Below, in pieces: positions 34,563-44,120 of a stretch of 64,000 nt of DNA (within the stretch, counting starts at the first letter, position 1; the number at the start of each line of letters is the position of its first letter). The notes under the pieces are model-generated. The model saw only the letters and a program-made list of their open reading frames with translations, searched no databases and was not told the DNA's origin. The stretch is from Candidatus Hadarchaeales archaeon (lineage in GTDB: Archaea; Hadarchaeota; Hadarchaeia; Hadarchaeales; Hadarchaeaceae): NCBI GenBank assembly GCA_038851075.1, contig JAWCLG010000001.1, forward strand, positions 46,206 to 110,205. The letters run 5' to 3'. Made by a program: the position numbers and the translations under genes.

Positions 34563-36359
34563 ATGTGCGGCATCGTCGGATACATCGGGGGAAGGAGAGC
34601 CGCCCCGGTGCTGCTCAAATCTCTGAAAAGACTTGAGTACAGAGGATACGATTCCGCAGGAATGGCCACTCTATCAGGAAAGATACAGGTGAAGAAGGAC
34701 AGGGGGAGAATTGACGAAATTCATGCAAAGCTCAATTTTGAAGATATGGAAGGAAATCTTGGAATCTCGCACTCGCGCTGGGCGACTCACGGTGCACCAT
34801 CAATGGAAAATGCCCATCCACACACGGATAACGCGGGGAAAATCGCTGTCGTCCACAACGGGATTATCGAGAACTATATTGAGCTCAAAAAATATCTGAC
34901 GAAGCACGGCTACAATTTCAGGTCCCAGACTGACACAGAAGTGATCCCCAACCTCATATCTCATTTTATGGCAAAAGGGCTCACGCTTGAGGAAAGTGTG
35001 AGAAGAACGTGCGAGAGGCTCCGCGGGAGTTACGCGCTCGGGATCATATGCGCAGAAACTCCGGAAAAGCTGATAGGTGTCAGAAAAGAGAGTCCGCTCG
35101 TTGTTGGAGCGGGTAAGGGGGAGATGTTCATCGCATCCGACATTCCGGCCCTGCTTGATCACGCGCGCAAGTTCATACCTCTCGAGGACGGAGAGATGGC
35201 GGTCCTCACTGCAGAGGGCTACAGAATTTTTGATATGAAAAGTGGCAGAGCTGTTAAAAGATACCCGATGACCGTCAGCTGGACCGCTGAGATGGCCGAA
35301 AAACATGGATTTCCGCACTTTACAGTAAAGGAGATCTACGAGCAGCCTACGGCGATAAGAGAAACCCTGAGGGATCCATCCGGCGCGAAAAAACTGGCCG
35401 GCATGATGCTGAGGTCGAGAAGGACCTATTTCGTTGCATGCGGTACTTCATATCACGCCGCGCTTGTTGGAAAATATGCGCTGGCAAAGCTGGCTGACGT
35501 TCCGGTTGAAGCGGTGATATCATCTGAATTTAAGGAAAGCTGCAGACCCGGAAGAGGAGACCTCCTTCTGGCGATAACACAGTCCGGGGAAACCGCGGAC
35601 ACTCTGAGCGCCGTGAGATTCGCCAAGGAAAACGGAGCACGTATCGCATGCCTTACCAACGTGGTGGGCAGCTCAATAACACGCGAGAGCGATGCCGTAT
35701 GCTACACCCACGCCGGTCCTGAAGTCAGCGTGGTTGCCACAAAGACGTTTTCGGCTCAGACAGCATTTTTGCTTCATCTCTCAGCAGAGGCTGCTCGCCT
35801 CAAGGGACTCAGAAAGGAAGCCGACGCTCTCACGGCGGGGCTCAAGAAGGTACCCAATCTTGTCGGGAAGACCATCAACTCCTGCGAGAACAGAGTCAGG
35901 AGAATGGCGGAAAAACACTGCGGAGCTGACCATATATATCTCATTGGAAGAGGAATCGGTTATCCCATCGTTATGGAGGGCGCTCTCAAGCTCAAGGAGA
36001 TAACATATATACATTCGGAAGCCATGCCTGCGGGCGAGCTGAAACACGGCACTCTCGCGCTAATAGACAGGGGCACCCCAGTCATCGCCGTGGTTCCACC
36101 TGGAGAAAATCGAACCAGGATGATTAACAATATTGAAGAGGTGAAGGCCCGCGGGGCTACGGTTATAGCGATATCCGGAGGGGATGACGATATAAAGGAG
36201 CATATAGACGAGTCAATACTCATACCGCCAACTGAAGAGCTATTCAGCCCGTTCCTCTACATCATACCGCTGCAGTTGCTCGCATACCATATGACAGTGA
36301 AACGCGGTCAGGACCCGGATCGTCCCAGATCGCTGGCGAAATCTGTCACGGTGGAGTGA
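34563..36359 (+). CDS. glmS: Glutamine--fructose-6-phosphate aminotransferase (isomerising)
   Basis: It has the MCGIVGYIG Ntn glutaminase start, two SIS domains and the C-terminal LAKSVTVE. Confidence 0.9.
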   Translation: MCGIVGYIGGRRAAPVLLKSLKRLEYRGYDSAGMATLSGKIQVKKDRGRIDEIHAKLNFEDMEGNLGISHSRWATHGAPSMENAHPHTDNAGKIAVVHNGIIENYIELKKYLTKHGYNFRSQTDTEVIPNLISHFMAKGLTLEESVRRTCERLRGSYALGIICAETPEKLIGVRKESPLVVGAGKGEMFIASDIPALLDHARKFIPLEDGEMAVLTAEGYRIFDMKSGRAVKRYPMTVSWTAEMAEKHGFPHFTVKEIYEQPTAIRETLRDPSGAKKLAGMMLRSRRTYFVACGTSYHAALVGKYALAKLADVPVEAVISSEFKESCRPGRGDLLLAITQSGETADTLSAVRFAKENGARIACLTNVVGSSITRESDAVCYTHAGPEVSVVATKTFSAQTAFLLHLSAEAARLKGLRKEADALTAGLKKVPNLVGKTINSCENRVRRMAEKHCGADHIYLIGRGIGYPIVMEGALKLKEITYIHSEAMPAGELKHGTLALIDRGTPVIAVVPPGENRTRMINNIEEVKARGATVIAISGGDDDIKEHIDESILIPPTEELFSPFLYIIPLQLLAYHMTVKRGQDPDRPRSLAKSVTVE

Positions 36360-37305
36360 CGCCCACAAACCGTCCCCTTTTCATCAACACTTTTCCATCC
36401 ACTTTAACCGTTGGCTTTCTGAAAATCCCATCTATATGGATGCCGGCCTTAACTCTGCCACCAAAAGAGGAGTTATCTCCAAGCGCCACATGACAGGTGC
36501 CCAGAACCTTCTCGTCCTCAAGAACGTTCCCAATCAGGCGAGCACTTGGATTTGTTCCGATACCGAACTCTGCAAGGTTGGTTGAGCTGGGACCAGCGCT
36601 TCTTAGCATCTTAACTATTTTCTCGGCGGGTTTTCCGGAAAACCCGGTCGCGCGGCCTCCTCTTATCTCAATTTCAACCTTCCCCAGATTTCCTCCGGCC
36701 ATTGAGCCATCTATCACAACACGTCCCCAGCCGGTCCCCTCAACCGGGGCAAATGCCACTTCCCCCGCCGGCAGGTTGCCAAACTCCCCTGGATTGTGAT
36801 AAATTCCGGTGTCGATGTATGCCCTGCGACCCCTGATGCTGAATAGCAGATCGGTTCCCGCATCGGTGGTAACCTCGATCTCTTCTCCGCCCTCAAGCTT
36901 TGCAGCAAGTCTTTTTGTCAGCCTGCTCACCTTTCTGTAGTCCGCCAGCATCGCTCCGCGCTTCATCATGTCCTCGGTGATCATTGGCATTGTGGCGATT
37001 CTGGCTCCGGATTTCGTCGCTTCCCTCCTTGCACGTGTGTGGGTGAGAGAGAAAGTGGTAGGCGCTATCACGACGTCGTATTTTCTCATGGCGTAGGACA
37101 CAACACCCGGTGGCTCATCACCGTGCCTCCTCGTGACTCCCATGCATATCATGAGGCACCTTGCACCACTCTCCAGTGCGGCCATCTGAATTGCCCTGCC
37201 GATCTCTGCTCTGGGTGGGTCGGTAACCACCAGGACCTTCTCTCCCTTTCTGACACCCATGCAGGTGCCGATTACCTTCCTCGCACCCTCCATCAGGTCG
37301 CTCAT
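36346..37305 (-). CDS. M29 (aminopeptidase T/S, AmpS-like) family protein, short paralogue
   Basis: 319 aa. The C-terminal block LAEFGIGTNPSARLIGNVLEDEKVLGTCHVALGDN parallels AEFGIGTNPGAEYTGGSIIIDEKIFGTVHVAIGNN in the 379-aa paralogue at 41722. Confidence 0.65.
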   Translation of the reverse strand: MSDLMEGARKVIGTCMGVRKGEKVLVVTDPPRAEIGRAIQMAALESGARCLMICMGVTRRHGDEPPGVVSYAMRKYDVVIAPTTFSLTHTRARREATKSGARIATMPMITEDMMKRGAMLADYRKVSRLTKRLAAKLEGGEEIEVTTDAGTDLLFSIRGRRAYIDTGIYHNPGEFGNLPAGEVAFAPVEGTGWGRVVIDGSMAGGNLGKVEIEIRGGRATGFSGKPAEKIVKMLRSAGPSSTNLAEFGIGTNPSARLIGNVLEDEKVLGTCHVALGDNSSFGGRVKAGIHIDGIFRKPTVKVDGKVLMKRGRFVGVTPP

Positions 37306-37628
37306 AAAAGCCCGCTCTTGTAAAGCTCGTCCCTGAATGACACCATGACTTCCCTCACGCTACCCTCATCGGGTGCGTGTATTTCAACATACCCGGTGGG
37401 AAACAGAAGCAGGTAGCAGCTGCGTCTCAGATGAAACTTCGCCACGGTTTTCTTTGACGTTGTGATCTTCTGAACCTTGGGGACCCTGGCAAACACCTCC
37501 CTTATGTCCAGCTGTTCGCGCATCTTGGTGACCGCCCGCACAGATTTCATCTTTGGGGGCTCGAAGACATCGTAAAGCTTCGGCATCTCACTTACGGAGG
37601 GTTCACCTTCTCTCAGAACGCCACCCAA
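37302..37628 (-). CDS. Hypothetical small protein (possibly a single TBP-like fold repeat)
   Basis: 108 aa, overlapping the downstream aminopeptidase gene by 4 nt. The C-terminus CYLLLFPTGYVEIHAPDEGSVREVMVSFRDELYKSG loosely resembles a TBP half-repeat (LIFSSGK.V.TGAKSEE). This similarity is weak. Confidence 0.4.
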   Translation of the reverse strand: MGGVLREGEPSVSEMPKLYDVFEPPKMKSVRAVTKMREQLDIREVFARVPKVQKITTSKKTVAKFHLRRSCYLLLFPTGYVEIHAPDEGSVREVMVSFRDELYKSGLL

Positions 37629-37652
37629 AAAAAATATGCGACGTTACTTAAA

Positions 37653-37859
37653 TTATACTCTCTTCGCAGCCAGCCTTATATCAACATCTCTGACTGTCCT
37701 TCTGCCGGCATGTTCCGCAAGCTTCGCTGCCTCAACAGCTATCTGAACCCCTTTCTCCTCGAGCACCTCTGCGAGCGCTATCGCCGCGCTTTCGCTGACC
37801 CTCTTTGCGCCTCCCTTCCGGATAACACGCTCTATGGCCGCAACAGGTAGTTCAACCAT
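37653..37859 (-). CDS. Archaeal histone (HMf family)
   Basis: MVELPVAAIERVIRKGGAKRVSESAAIALAEVLEEKGVQIAVEAAKLAEHAGRRTVRDVDIRLAAKRV is 68 aa with a histone fold. AGGAGGAGA lies about 6 nt upstream of the ATG at 37859, and the track start at 37877 sits inside that SD region. Confidence 0.85.
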   Translation of the reverse strand: MVELPVAAIERVIRKGGAKRVSESAAIALAEVLEEKGVQIAVEAAKLAEHAGRRTVRDVDIRLAAKRV

Positions 37860-38060
37860 TATTTCTCCTCCTGACATTCCAAGATTACTTTTAACTAATT
37901 TTTCTTATTAGAACCTGTATTTAATCTTAACGTTTCAGAAAAGTTTTGTCAGAGCCCCGCTCATCAAAAATAAATGCTCAAGACGCTGGGTTTAGGTTTA
38001 TCTCTCCGAAAACGGCTTAACCGAAAAAATAAATGTATGGATGATTCGAGGGGTGAGTCA

Positions 38061-39902
38061 ATGGTAAACGATCCCTGGTCTGAGGTCAAGGATAATATAA
38101 CCTCCTGCATCGAGGCAGCCATGAAAAAACTTGGATGGTCAGCTCCGAGACCGGTGAGAGAAACGCTGGAGGAACCGCCAACTCCTGATCTTGGTGACGT
38201 CGCTTCCACCGTTTGTTTTGACCTTGCGAGGACGCTGCGCATGAGCCCGCAGGAGATATCTGCCAGGCTTTCTAAACAGGTTGAAAAATCTGAACTTGTG
38301 TCAGATGTGAAGGCGGCTGGCGGATACGTGAATTTCTTTCTTAATTTTTCCAGACTGGCTGAGATAACTATAAAATCTGTTGAAAAGGCGGGGGTCCGCT
38401 ACGGCTGTTGCGAGCCCACAGGCAAAAAGGTGGTTGTGGAGCACACCAGCATAAATCCGACCAAGCCCCTGCACATTGGGCACGGAAGAAACGCTGTGAT
38501 CGGAGACACGATAGTGAGGGTGATGAAAGCTCTAGGACACAGGGTGGAGGTCCACAACTACGTGGATGATATGGGCAGGCAGATGGCCGAGACCGTCCTG
38601 GCGTACAAGATCATTAAGAAAAAACCAAGGGCAAAGTTCGATCACCTGCTGGGGCTGATATACGCCGAAATGCACCGGCAACTGGAGGCTGACCTGAACC
38701 TGAATAACAGGGTTAACGAAATTCTTGAGGAACTCGAAAATGGAAAGGGCAGGTGGAGCAGTGAAGCGCGGAGAATAGCCGAGAGATGCGTGGACGCGAA
38801 CCTGAAGACCGCCAGCAGACTTAACGTAGGATATGATCTGCTGGTATGGGAAAGCGACCTTGTGAGGTCCGGTGTCATTGAAGAGGTAATCGAAAAACTG
38901 AAAAAAACAGGCAGGCTTGTCGAAGGAACCGGAGATAACGCGGGGGCGATGCTGATCAGGCTTAACGACCTCGGCATCGAGGATAAAATACTGATCAGAT
39001 CTGACAGAACAACTGTTTACACGGCACGGGATATTGCATATCAGCTCTGGAAGTTCGGGAAGACGAGAAGAAAACCCAGGTTCAAAATTCACTCTAGAAA
39101 AGCAGGCAGGACCATTTTCACGACATCTCCGAACGGCAGAACGATCAGTAAATTCGGGATGGGCGATATTGTGATAAACGTGATAGGCGCTGAGCAGAGA
39201 TTTCCCCAGCAGGTCGTGACCGCGGCGCTGAAGGTGCTCGGGCACGATGAGGAGTCAAAAAGATCAATGCATCTGGCATATGAGCACGTCTGGCTTCCCA
39301 CCGGAAAGTTCTCCGGAAGAAAGGGTACCTGGGTAGGATTTTCGGTGGACGACGTCATCGAGGAGGCCGTGGCGAGGGCGATGTCTGAGGTGGAGAAGCA
39401 CAGCCCAGAATCAGACCGAACCTTCAAGAAAAAAATCGCAGAGATGGTTGGGGTCGGAGCGATAAGATTCTCACTTCTGAGCACATCGCCTGAAAAGAAG
39501 ATAACATTTAGATGGGAGGACGCGCTCAACTTTGAGAGAAACAGCGGGCCTGCGGTACAGTATTCCCACGCCAGGGCACGCAGCATCCTTAAGAAAGCCG
39601 GAAAGTTTGGGGCTATAAAAAATTACAGGCTGAGTCTCCCCGAGGAGAAAAGACTGGTGAAGCTGATCGCCAGATTTCCAGAGGTTGTCCGTATGGCTGG
39701 AGATATGCTAGCACCTCACCTCCTGGCCCTTTACGCTTCCGACCTCGCCATTTCCTTTAACAAGTTTTACGAGGTGGCTCCCGTAATATCAGCTGAAACT
39801 GACGAAATAAGATTGTCGAGATTGCACCTCGTTAAATGTGTTGCAATAACCCTGAAAAACGCGATAAATCTTCTTGGAATAGAAGCCCCGGAACGCATGT
39901 GA
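38061..39902 (+). CDS. argS: Arginine--tRNA ligase
   Basis: It has class I HIGH (TKPLHIGHGRN), the Arg-tRNA synthetase core and a C-terminal DALR anticodon-binding domain. The GAGGGGTGAG SD favours the ATG at 38061, and in-frame alternatives are at 38037 and 37974. Confidence 0.85.
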   Translation: MVNDPWSEVKDNITSCIEAAMKKLGWSAPRPVRETLEEPPTPDLGDVASTVCFDLARTLRMSPQEISARLSKQVEKSELVSDVKAAGGYVNFFLNFSRLAEITIKSVEKAGVRYGCCEPTGKKVVVEHTSINPTKPLHIGHGRNAVIGDTIVRVMKALGHRVEVHNYVDDMGRQMAETVLAYKIIKKKPRAKFDHLLGLIYAEMHRQLEADLNLNNRVNEILEELENGKGRWSSEARRIAERCVDANLKTASRLNVGYDLLVWESDLVRSGVIEEVIEKLKKTGRLVEGTGDNAGAMLIRLNDLGIEDKILIRSDRTTVYTARDIAYQLWKFGKTRRKPRFKIHSRKAGRTIFTTSPNGRTISKFGMGDIVINVIGAEQRFPQQVVTAALKVLGHDEESKRSMHLAYEHVWLPTGKFSGRKGTWVGFSVDDVIEEAVARAMSEVEKHSPESDRTFKKKIAEMVGVGAIRFSLLSTSPEKKITFRWEDALNFERNSGPAVQYSHARARSILKKAGKFGAIKNYRLSLPEEKRLVKLIARFPEVVRMAGDMLAPHLLALYASDLAISFNKFYEVAPVISAETDEIRLSRLHLVKCVAITLKNAINLLGIEAPERM

Positions 39903-39904
39903 GG

Positions 39905-40873
39905 TCAAAAATCTCTTCTCAAGCGTTCCAAATCCTCCGGTCCTTCCATCGGCTCCGTAGCGTAAAGCTCCCTTCTCCTTGCTTCCAAAAGCAAGGGTTT
40001 CTTTCCAAGAAGACCTGCTGCCGTTACGACGCGATGACCGTGCCTGAGCGCCTCGTCCTCTGCAGATTTCATGAAATCCTGGTAGTCCAAGGACCTCAGC
40101 AGATGGTGATCAAATACCGTTAAAGGCACGTGCCTGGCTATCCTCTCCATGTTACTCCTCGCAGACTCAAGATCTGCTTCATCAATACGGTATCCTTTAA
40201 GATAAAGCGGAGGACCGCCAATAATCAGCATTTCAGGCTTCTCCTCGAGGATGAAAGACATCGGCTTTTCATCGATGGGTCCCTGTACATCCGAAGCATG
40301 GACAATAGCCGTATCTCCGAATTTCAGGCTTAACATTATGACGCTCCCGAGCTGTGATCCCCCAGGACCATGAAAAACCGGATCCGAAAAACGCAACACA
40401 GCTCTTCCGAACTCGAACCTTTTCCCATCAGCGGACTCTATCTCGCGAACAATGCTCGAGGCGAACCTGAGAAACTGTGCTCCCCTCTTCCTCTGGCTCA
40501 AGTTAATTCCGGACTCTATGTCCTTCGCAAGAACTATTTTTCCGCGGTAGACGCGCTCGGCAATTCTCTTAGAACTCCATACCCAAGTCCAGTCCTCAAA
40601 ATCTGGAACATAGTGGTCGTAGTGGTAGTGGCTTATGGTTATCACGTCAGCCTGCCTAGCTGCTTCCAGTATCTCCTCGCGGGAGCCTGCCAGAGCCACA
40701 TATTCTCTCCTGTGAGGCATCAGATTATACCTCGGTCCAAGAGCTGATCCCGGATCAACGAGCACGGATACATCATCTGTCCTGATGAGCGTTGCCATCC
40801 CCCTCACTCCGAAGCTCTCAAAGGCGATTGGGGCGACTTTCACCTCCCCATTGCCTATCTCAATCCAGTTCAT
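39905..40873 (-). CDS. UPF0282 family metallo-beta-lactamase-fold protein
   Basis: The segments VKVAPIAFESFGVRGMATLIRTDDVSVLVDPG and ITISHYHYDHY match the archaeal UPF0282 / COG2248 pattern. Confidence 0.65.
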   Translation of the reverse strand: MNWIEIGNGEVKVAPIAFESFGVRGMATLIRTDDVSVLVDPGSALGPRYNLMPHRREYVALAGSREEILEAARQADVITISHYHYDHYVPDFEDWTWVWSSKRIAERVYRGKIVLAKDIESGINLSQRKRGAQFLRFASSIVREIESADGKRFEFGRAVLRFSDPVFHGPGGSQLGSVIMLSLKFGDTAIVHASDVQGPIDEKPMSFILEEKPEMLIIGGPPLYLKGYRIDEADLESARSNMERIARHVPLTVFDHHLLRSLDYQDFMKSAEDEALRHGHRVVTAAGLLGKKPLLLEARRRELYATEPMEGPEDLERLRRDF

Positions 40874-40978
40874 GCCGCCACCATGCGATACTGGCGCTGC
40901 TGTTTAAAACCGGCTATGTTCTGGTACCGAAGCACGAGATTCCGACAGAGTTAAAATATACCCGGACTACTATCAAAG

Positions 40979-41707
40979 ATGACCGAAATAAAGGTAATCA
41001 GCAGACCTAAGCTGAAAAATCCTGTGATGCTGGCCGGACTCCCGGGAATAGGCAACATCGGGAAGGTTTCAGTTGAGTACCTGATATACAAGCTCGGGGG
41101 CAAAGTATTCGCAGAGCTTTATTCTGAGTACATGCCTGAGTGGACCGTCTTGGAGAACGGGGTGCTGAGGACCCTCAAGATAAACTTCTCGTATGCTAGG
41201 CCAAAGGGATCCGAAAGGGATATCATATTCATAACATCTGACGCCCAGGCAAATGCGCCACTCGGCCAGTACGTTGTGACCGGAGAGGTGCTTGATTTCG
41301 CCAAAAAGATGGGAGTGGACACTGTCGGAGCCATGGCTGCTTATGTCGTCCCTGCTAAGGGTCAATACGCCAGAGTGGTTGGAGCTGCGTCCGATCCAGA
41401 AACCAAAAAAATGCTGGAGCGCTCTGGTGTGAGGCTACTGGACGGAGGGACCATTGTTGGGATGAACGGACTCCTACCCGCACTCGCCCCGATGTACGGC
41501 ATGAAAGGTTTCTGCCTGCTGGGAACAACCAAAGGTGAGATCATAGACATCAACGCAAGCAAGGCGGTGCTGACCGTGCTGAGTTCAATGCTCAACTTCG
41601 AACTGGACGTGAGTGAGCTGATACAGTACTCGGATCTGTCAAAGTTAACCATGCAGATACCAAAACAGGCGGCTGCCCCGGAAGAAGAACTCGGATACAT
41701 AAGGTAA
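40979..41707 (+). CDS. PAC2 family proteasome assembly chaperone (PbaA/B-like)
   Basis: The N-terminus KLKNPVMLAGLPGIGNIGKVSVEYLI is characteristic of archaeal PAC2/COG1938 proteins. 242 aa. Confidence 0.7.
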   Translation: MTEIKVISRPKLKNPVMLAGLPGIGNIGKVSVEYLIYKLGGKVFAELYSEYMPEWTVLENGVLRTLKINFSYARPKGSERDIIFITSDAQANAPLGQYVVTGEVLDFAKKMGVDTVGAMAAYVVPAKGQYARVVGAASDPETKKMLERSGVRLLDGGTIVGMNGLLPALAPMYGMKGFCLLGTTKGEIIDINASKAVLTVLSSMLNFELDVSELIQYSDLSKLTMQIPKQAAAPEEELGYIR

Positions 41708-41721
41708 ACGGGTGGAGAAGA

Positions 41722-42861
41722 GTGGCAGAACTCTCTAGATCCGAGATGAGGAGAGTTGCCAGAGCCTTTGTGAGAGGCTCAATGCGCGTCGGTCATGGAA
41801 ACACATTCGAAGCCGTCAGGATCCTCCACAACAGAACCGACCCGACCTGCGAGAGATTTTCAATGATGGTTGAGGAGGAATGCTGGAGAACCGGCGCCCA
41901 CACCATTCTTCTGGGATTCACATCCGAGAGGGAAAAGCTCAGATACATCCTCCGGCCTGAAAAATCGCTGAAGATGATGAGCCCGTTTGCGGAGTCCATC
42001 GCAAGGAAAGCAGACGTAAGCATATTCATAGGAGAGGATGATAATCCGAACTGGGCAAAAGGGCTGGAGAAGAAGATAAAGCTCACGGCTCCTATCAGGG
42101 AAAAGCTTCACTGGATAATGGACCGCAGAAAGGTTCGATGGGCATACTTCGGATGGCCCGTTCCGGGAGCCGCCAGAGCCTACGGATGCCCGGTGGGCAG
42201 GTTCAGGAGCATATTCTTCAACAGCATAAGGAAGACGTTTGATGGGGGTGTGCGGCATCTCTGCAACGTGTACCGCTCCCTGCTAAGGGGTGCCGATGAG
42301 ATAAGAATAACGGCTGACGATGATACAGACCTGAGGTTCAGCATCAGAGGACGACCGTTGCTCGTTGACGACGGAGTCATATCGAACGAAGACCTCAGGC
42401 GCGGCGACGTTGGAGTCAACATACCTGCCGGCGAGGTTTTTGTTGCCCCAATTGAAACAAGCGCTGAAGGGAGGATATCATTCGAAGATATAGCAATACC
42501 TGGTTTTGGGAGGGTGCGCGGCCTTGAACTACGGTTCAGCAGGGGCAGGATAACATCGTACAGTGCGACTGTGGGGGAGAAGAACTTTAACAATTTTCTC
42601 AGGGCAAATACCGGAGATAAGGACAGGATCGCGGAGTTCGGGATAGGAACTAACCCCGGAGCTGAGTACACCGGCGGCAGCATAATAATAGATGAAAAGA
42701 TATTCGGAACGGTCCACGTTGCCATAGGGAACAACACCGGCGCCTATCACGGAAAAAACAGGGCTTCGAGCCATCTTGACATGATAAAGGATATGCGTGA
42801 GGGAGAGGTCACAGCTGACGGACATATCATAATGGAAAAAGGAAAACCTGTAAAAAAATGA
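41722..42861 (+). CDS. M29 family aminopeptidase (AmpS/PepS-like)
   Basis: 379 aa with GVNIPAGEVFVAPIE and AEFGIGTNPGAEYTGGSIIIDEKIFGTVHVAIGNN. It has a GTG start. Confidence 0.75.
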   Translation: MAELSRSEMRRVARAFVRGSMRVGHGNTFEAVRILHNRTDPTCERFSMMVEEECWRTGAHTILLGFTSEREKLRYILRPEKSLKMMSPFAESIARKADVSIFIGEDDNPNWAKGLEKKIKLTAPIREKLHWIMDRRKVRWAYFGWPVPGAARAYGCPVGRFRSIFFNSIRKTFDGGVRHLCNVYRSLLRGADEIRITADDDTDLRFSIRGRPLLVDDGVISNEDLRRGDVGVNIPAGEVFVAPIETSAEGRISFEDIAIPGFGRVRGLELRFSRGRITSYSATVGEKNFNNFLRANTGDKDRIAEFGIGTNPGAEYTGGSIIIDEKIFGTVHVAIGNNTGAYHGKNRASSHLDMIKDMREGEVTADGHIIMEKGKPVKK

Positions 42862-42869
42862 AAGGGGGC

Positions 42870-43220
42870 CTACTTCCCCTTCGCCATCTCGTATATCGCC
42901 TTCAGTGCGATTATCACGGCCCCAGCCCCTACGAGGACCGTGATGTTTGCAGCCAACCTCAAAAGCTCGGCCGGAATTGCAACATTGTTCATTGTTATAA
43001 GCCCGGACATGCCGGTGCATGTCACGATCAGAGCTATCGCTGCAAAGAGAAATGGACCGCTTTCTTTCGAAGTGATATTCATCAGTCCAACTATAACGCC
43101 GAGAACCGCCAAAGCAACGTATAGCCATCCAGTAGGTGCAACAAAAATCGTCAGCAGTGCGATTATCAGTCCAATGTAAAACGCTGCAGGTCCTAAGAGG
43201 GATATTTTGCCGCCCGCCAT
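42870..43220 (-). CDS. Small hypothetical membrane protein (4 TM helices)
   Basis: 116 aa, almost entirely hydrophobic helices (FYIGLIIALLTIFVAP, LYVALAVLGVIVGL, FLFAAIALIVTCTG, ITVLVGAGAVIIAL). Confidence 0.5.
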   Translation of the reverse strand: MAGGKISLLGPAAFYIGLIIALLTIFVAPTGWLYVALAVLGVIVGLMNITSKESGPFLFAAIALIVTCTGMSGLITMNNVAIPAELLRLAANITVLVGAGAVIIALKAIYEMAKGK

Positions 43221-43275
43221 ATTTTTTTACCTCCAGAACCAAATCTACTTGACCGAATTTAAACATTAAGGTAAG

Positions 43276-43899
43276 ATGATGACTGCCGGATTTTTCTACG
43301 GTGGAATGTGGTTCAGGCTCAATCACGAGGTATACGAGCCCGCAGATGACTCATTCATGATTGCCGAAAACATGGAAATTTCACCCGGAGAGGAAGTGCT
43401 GGAAATAGGGACCGGATGCGGATTTCTGGCAATCATCGCGGCAAAAAGAGGCGCGAGGGTGGTGGCCACCGACATAAACCAAGCTGCCATCCAGTGCTCC
43501 AGAGAAAACGCTGCGATGCACGGGGTTGAAAAAAACGTAGACCTCAGGCTCGGAGATCTGTTCGACCCTGTACTGGAAGAGAGGTTCGATCTGATAATCT
43601 TCAATCCGCCCTACCTGCCGAGCACACTGGAGGAAAGGCGCGGGGGACGTTTGGAACTCTCATGGGACGGCGGTGATGACGGAAGGAGGGTAGTTGACAG
43701 GTTCATTGAAGGGCTGCCAGCACATCTGAAAAAGCGGGGGAGGTCTCTCTTCGTTCAATCTTCGCTCACCGGCAATGAAAAAACTTTGGAGCTGATTGAA
43801 AAAAACGGACTCAGAGGGGAGATAGTTGCCCGCAGGAAATTTTTCTTCGAGGAGATTGTGCTTATCAGGTGCGAAACGCCCGATACCCGTAAGTTATAA
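43276..43899 (+). CDS. HemK-related N5-glutamine methyltransferase-like protein (Mtq2/PrmC-like)
   Basis: It has motif I VLEIGTGCGFLAIIAA and the catalytic NPPY motif (IIFNPPYLPS). The approximately 200-aa archaeal form is usually annotated as a HemK-related putative methylase. Confidence 0.7.
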   Translation: MMTAGFFYGGMWFRLNHEVYEPADDSFMIAENMEISPGEEVLEIGTGCGFLAIIAAKRGARVVATDINQAAIQCSRENAAMHGVEKNVDLRLGDLFDPVLEERFDLIIFNPPYLPSTLEERRGGRLELSWDGGDDGRRVVDRFIEGLPAHLKKRGRSLFVQSSLTGNEKTLELIEKNGLRGEIVARRKFFFEEIVLIRCETPDTRKL

Positions 43900-43983
43900 G
43901 CATGACGGAAAATCTACTTAGAGGGTTCTGAAGGGGGAGTTCACATAGGCAAGAGACCGCGAAAGTGGAAGAAGAAGGGAAGG

Positions 43984-44052
43984 ATGCGCTGGAAGTGGGT
44001 CAGAAAAAGGATGCGCAGAAAAATAAGAAGAATCAAGCAGAGGAAGGTCTGA
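43984..44052 (+). CDS. rpl41e: Ribosomal protein L41e (eL41)
   Basis: This is a micro-ORF missing from the track, [22 protein letters not shown], which aligns with eukaryotic L41 ([25 protein letters not shown]). The frame is open upstream to 43906 (...[14 protein letters not shown]-), which resembles the longer archaeal L41e forms I recall. However, the only candidate start there is ATA (43945), 5 nt after GGGGGAG. Confidence 0.6.
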   Translation: MRWKWVRKRMRRKIRRIKQRKV

Positions 44053-44120
44053 TTCTGAACGCTGCAAAGTAACTCCAAACTTTTATATCATACGTTGGAT
44101 AATATATCCAACGTGAGATT

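Noticed and set aside
42529-43326. A 265-aa minus-strand ORF spanning the end of the aminopeptidase gene, the small membrane-protein gene and the start of the HemK-like gene
   Set aside because: It crosses three better-supported genes and an intergenic promoter region. Its composition is Cys/Arg/His-rich with no motif, so I judged it spurious.
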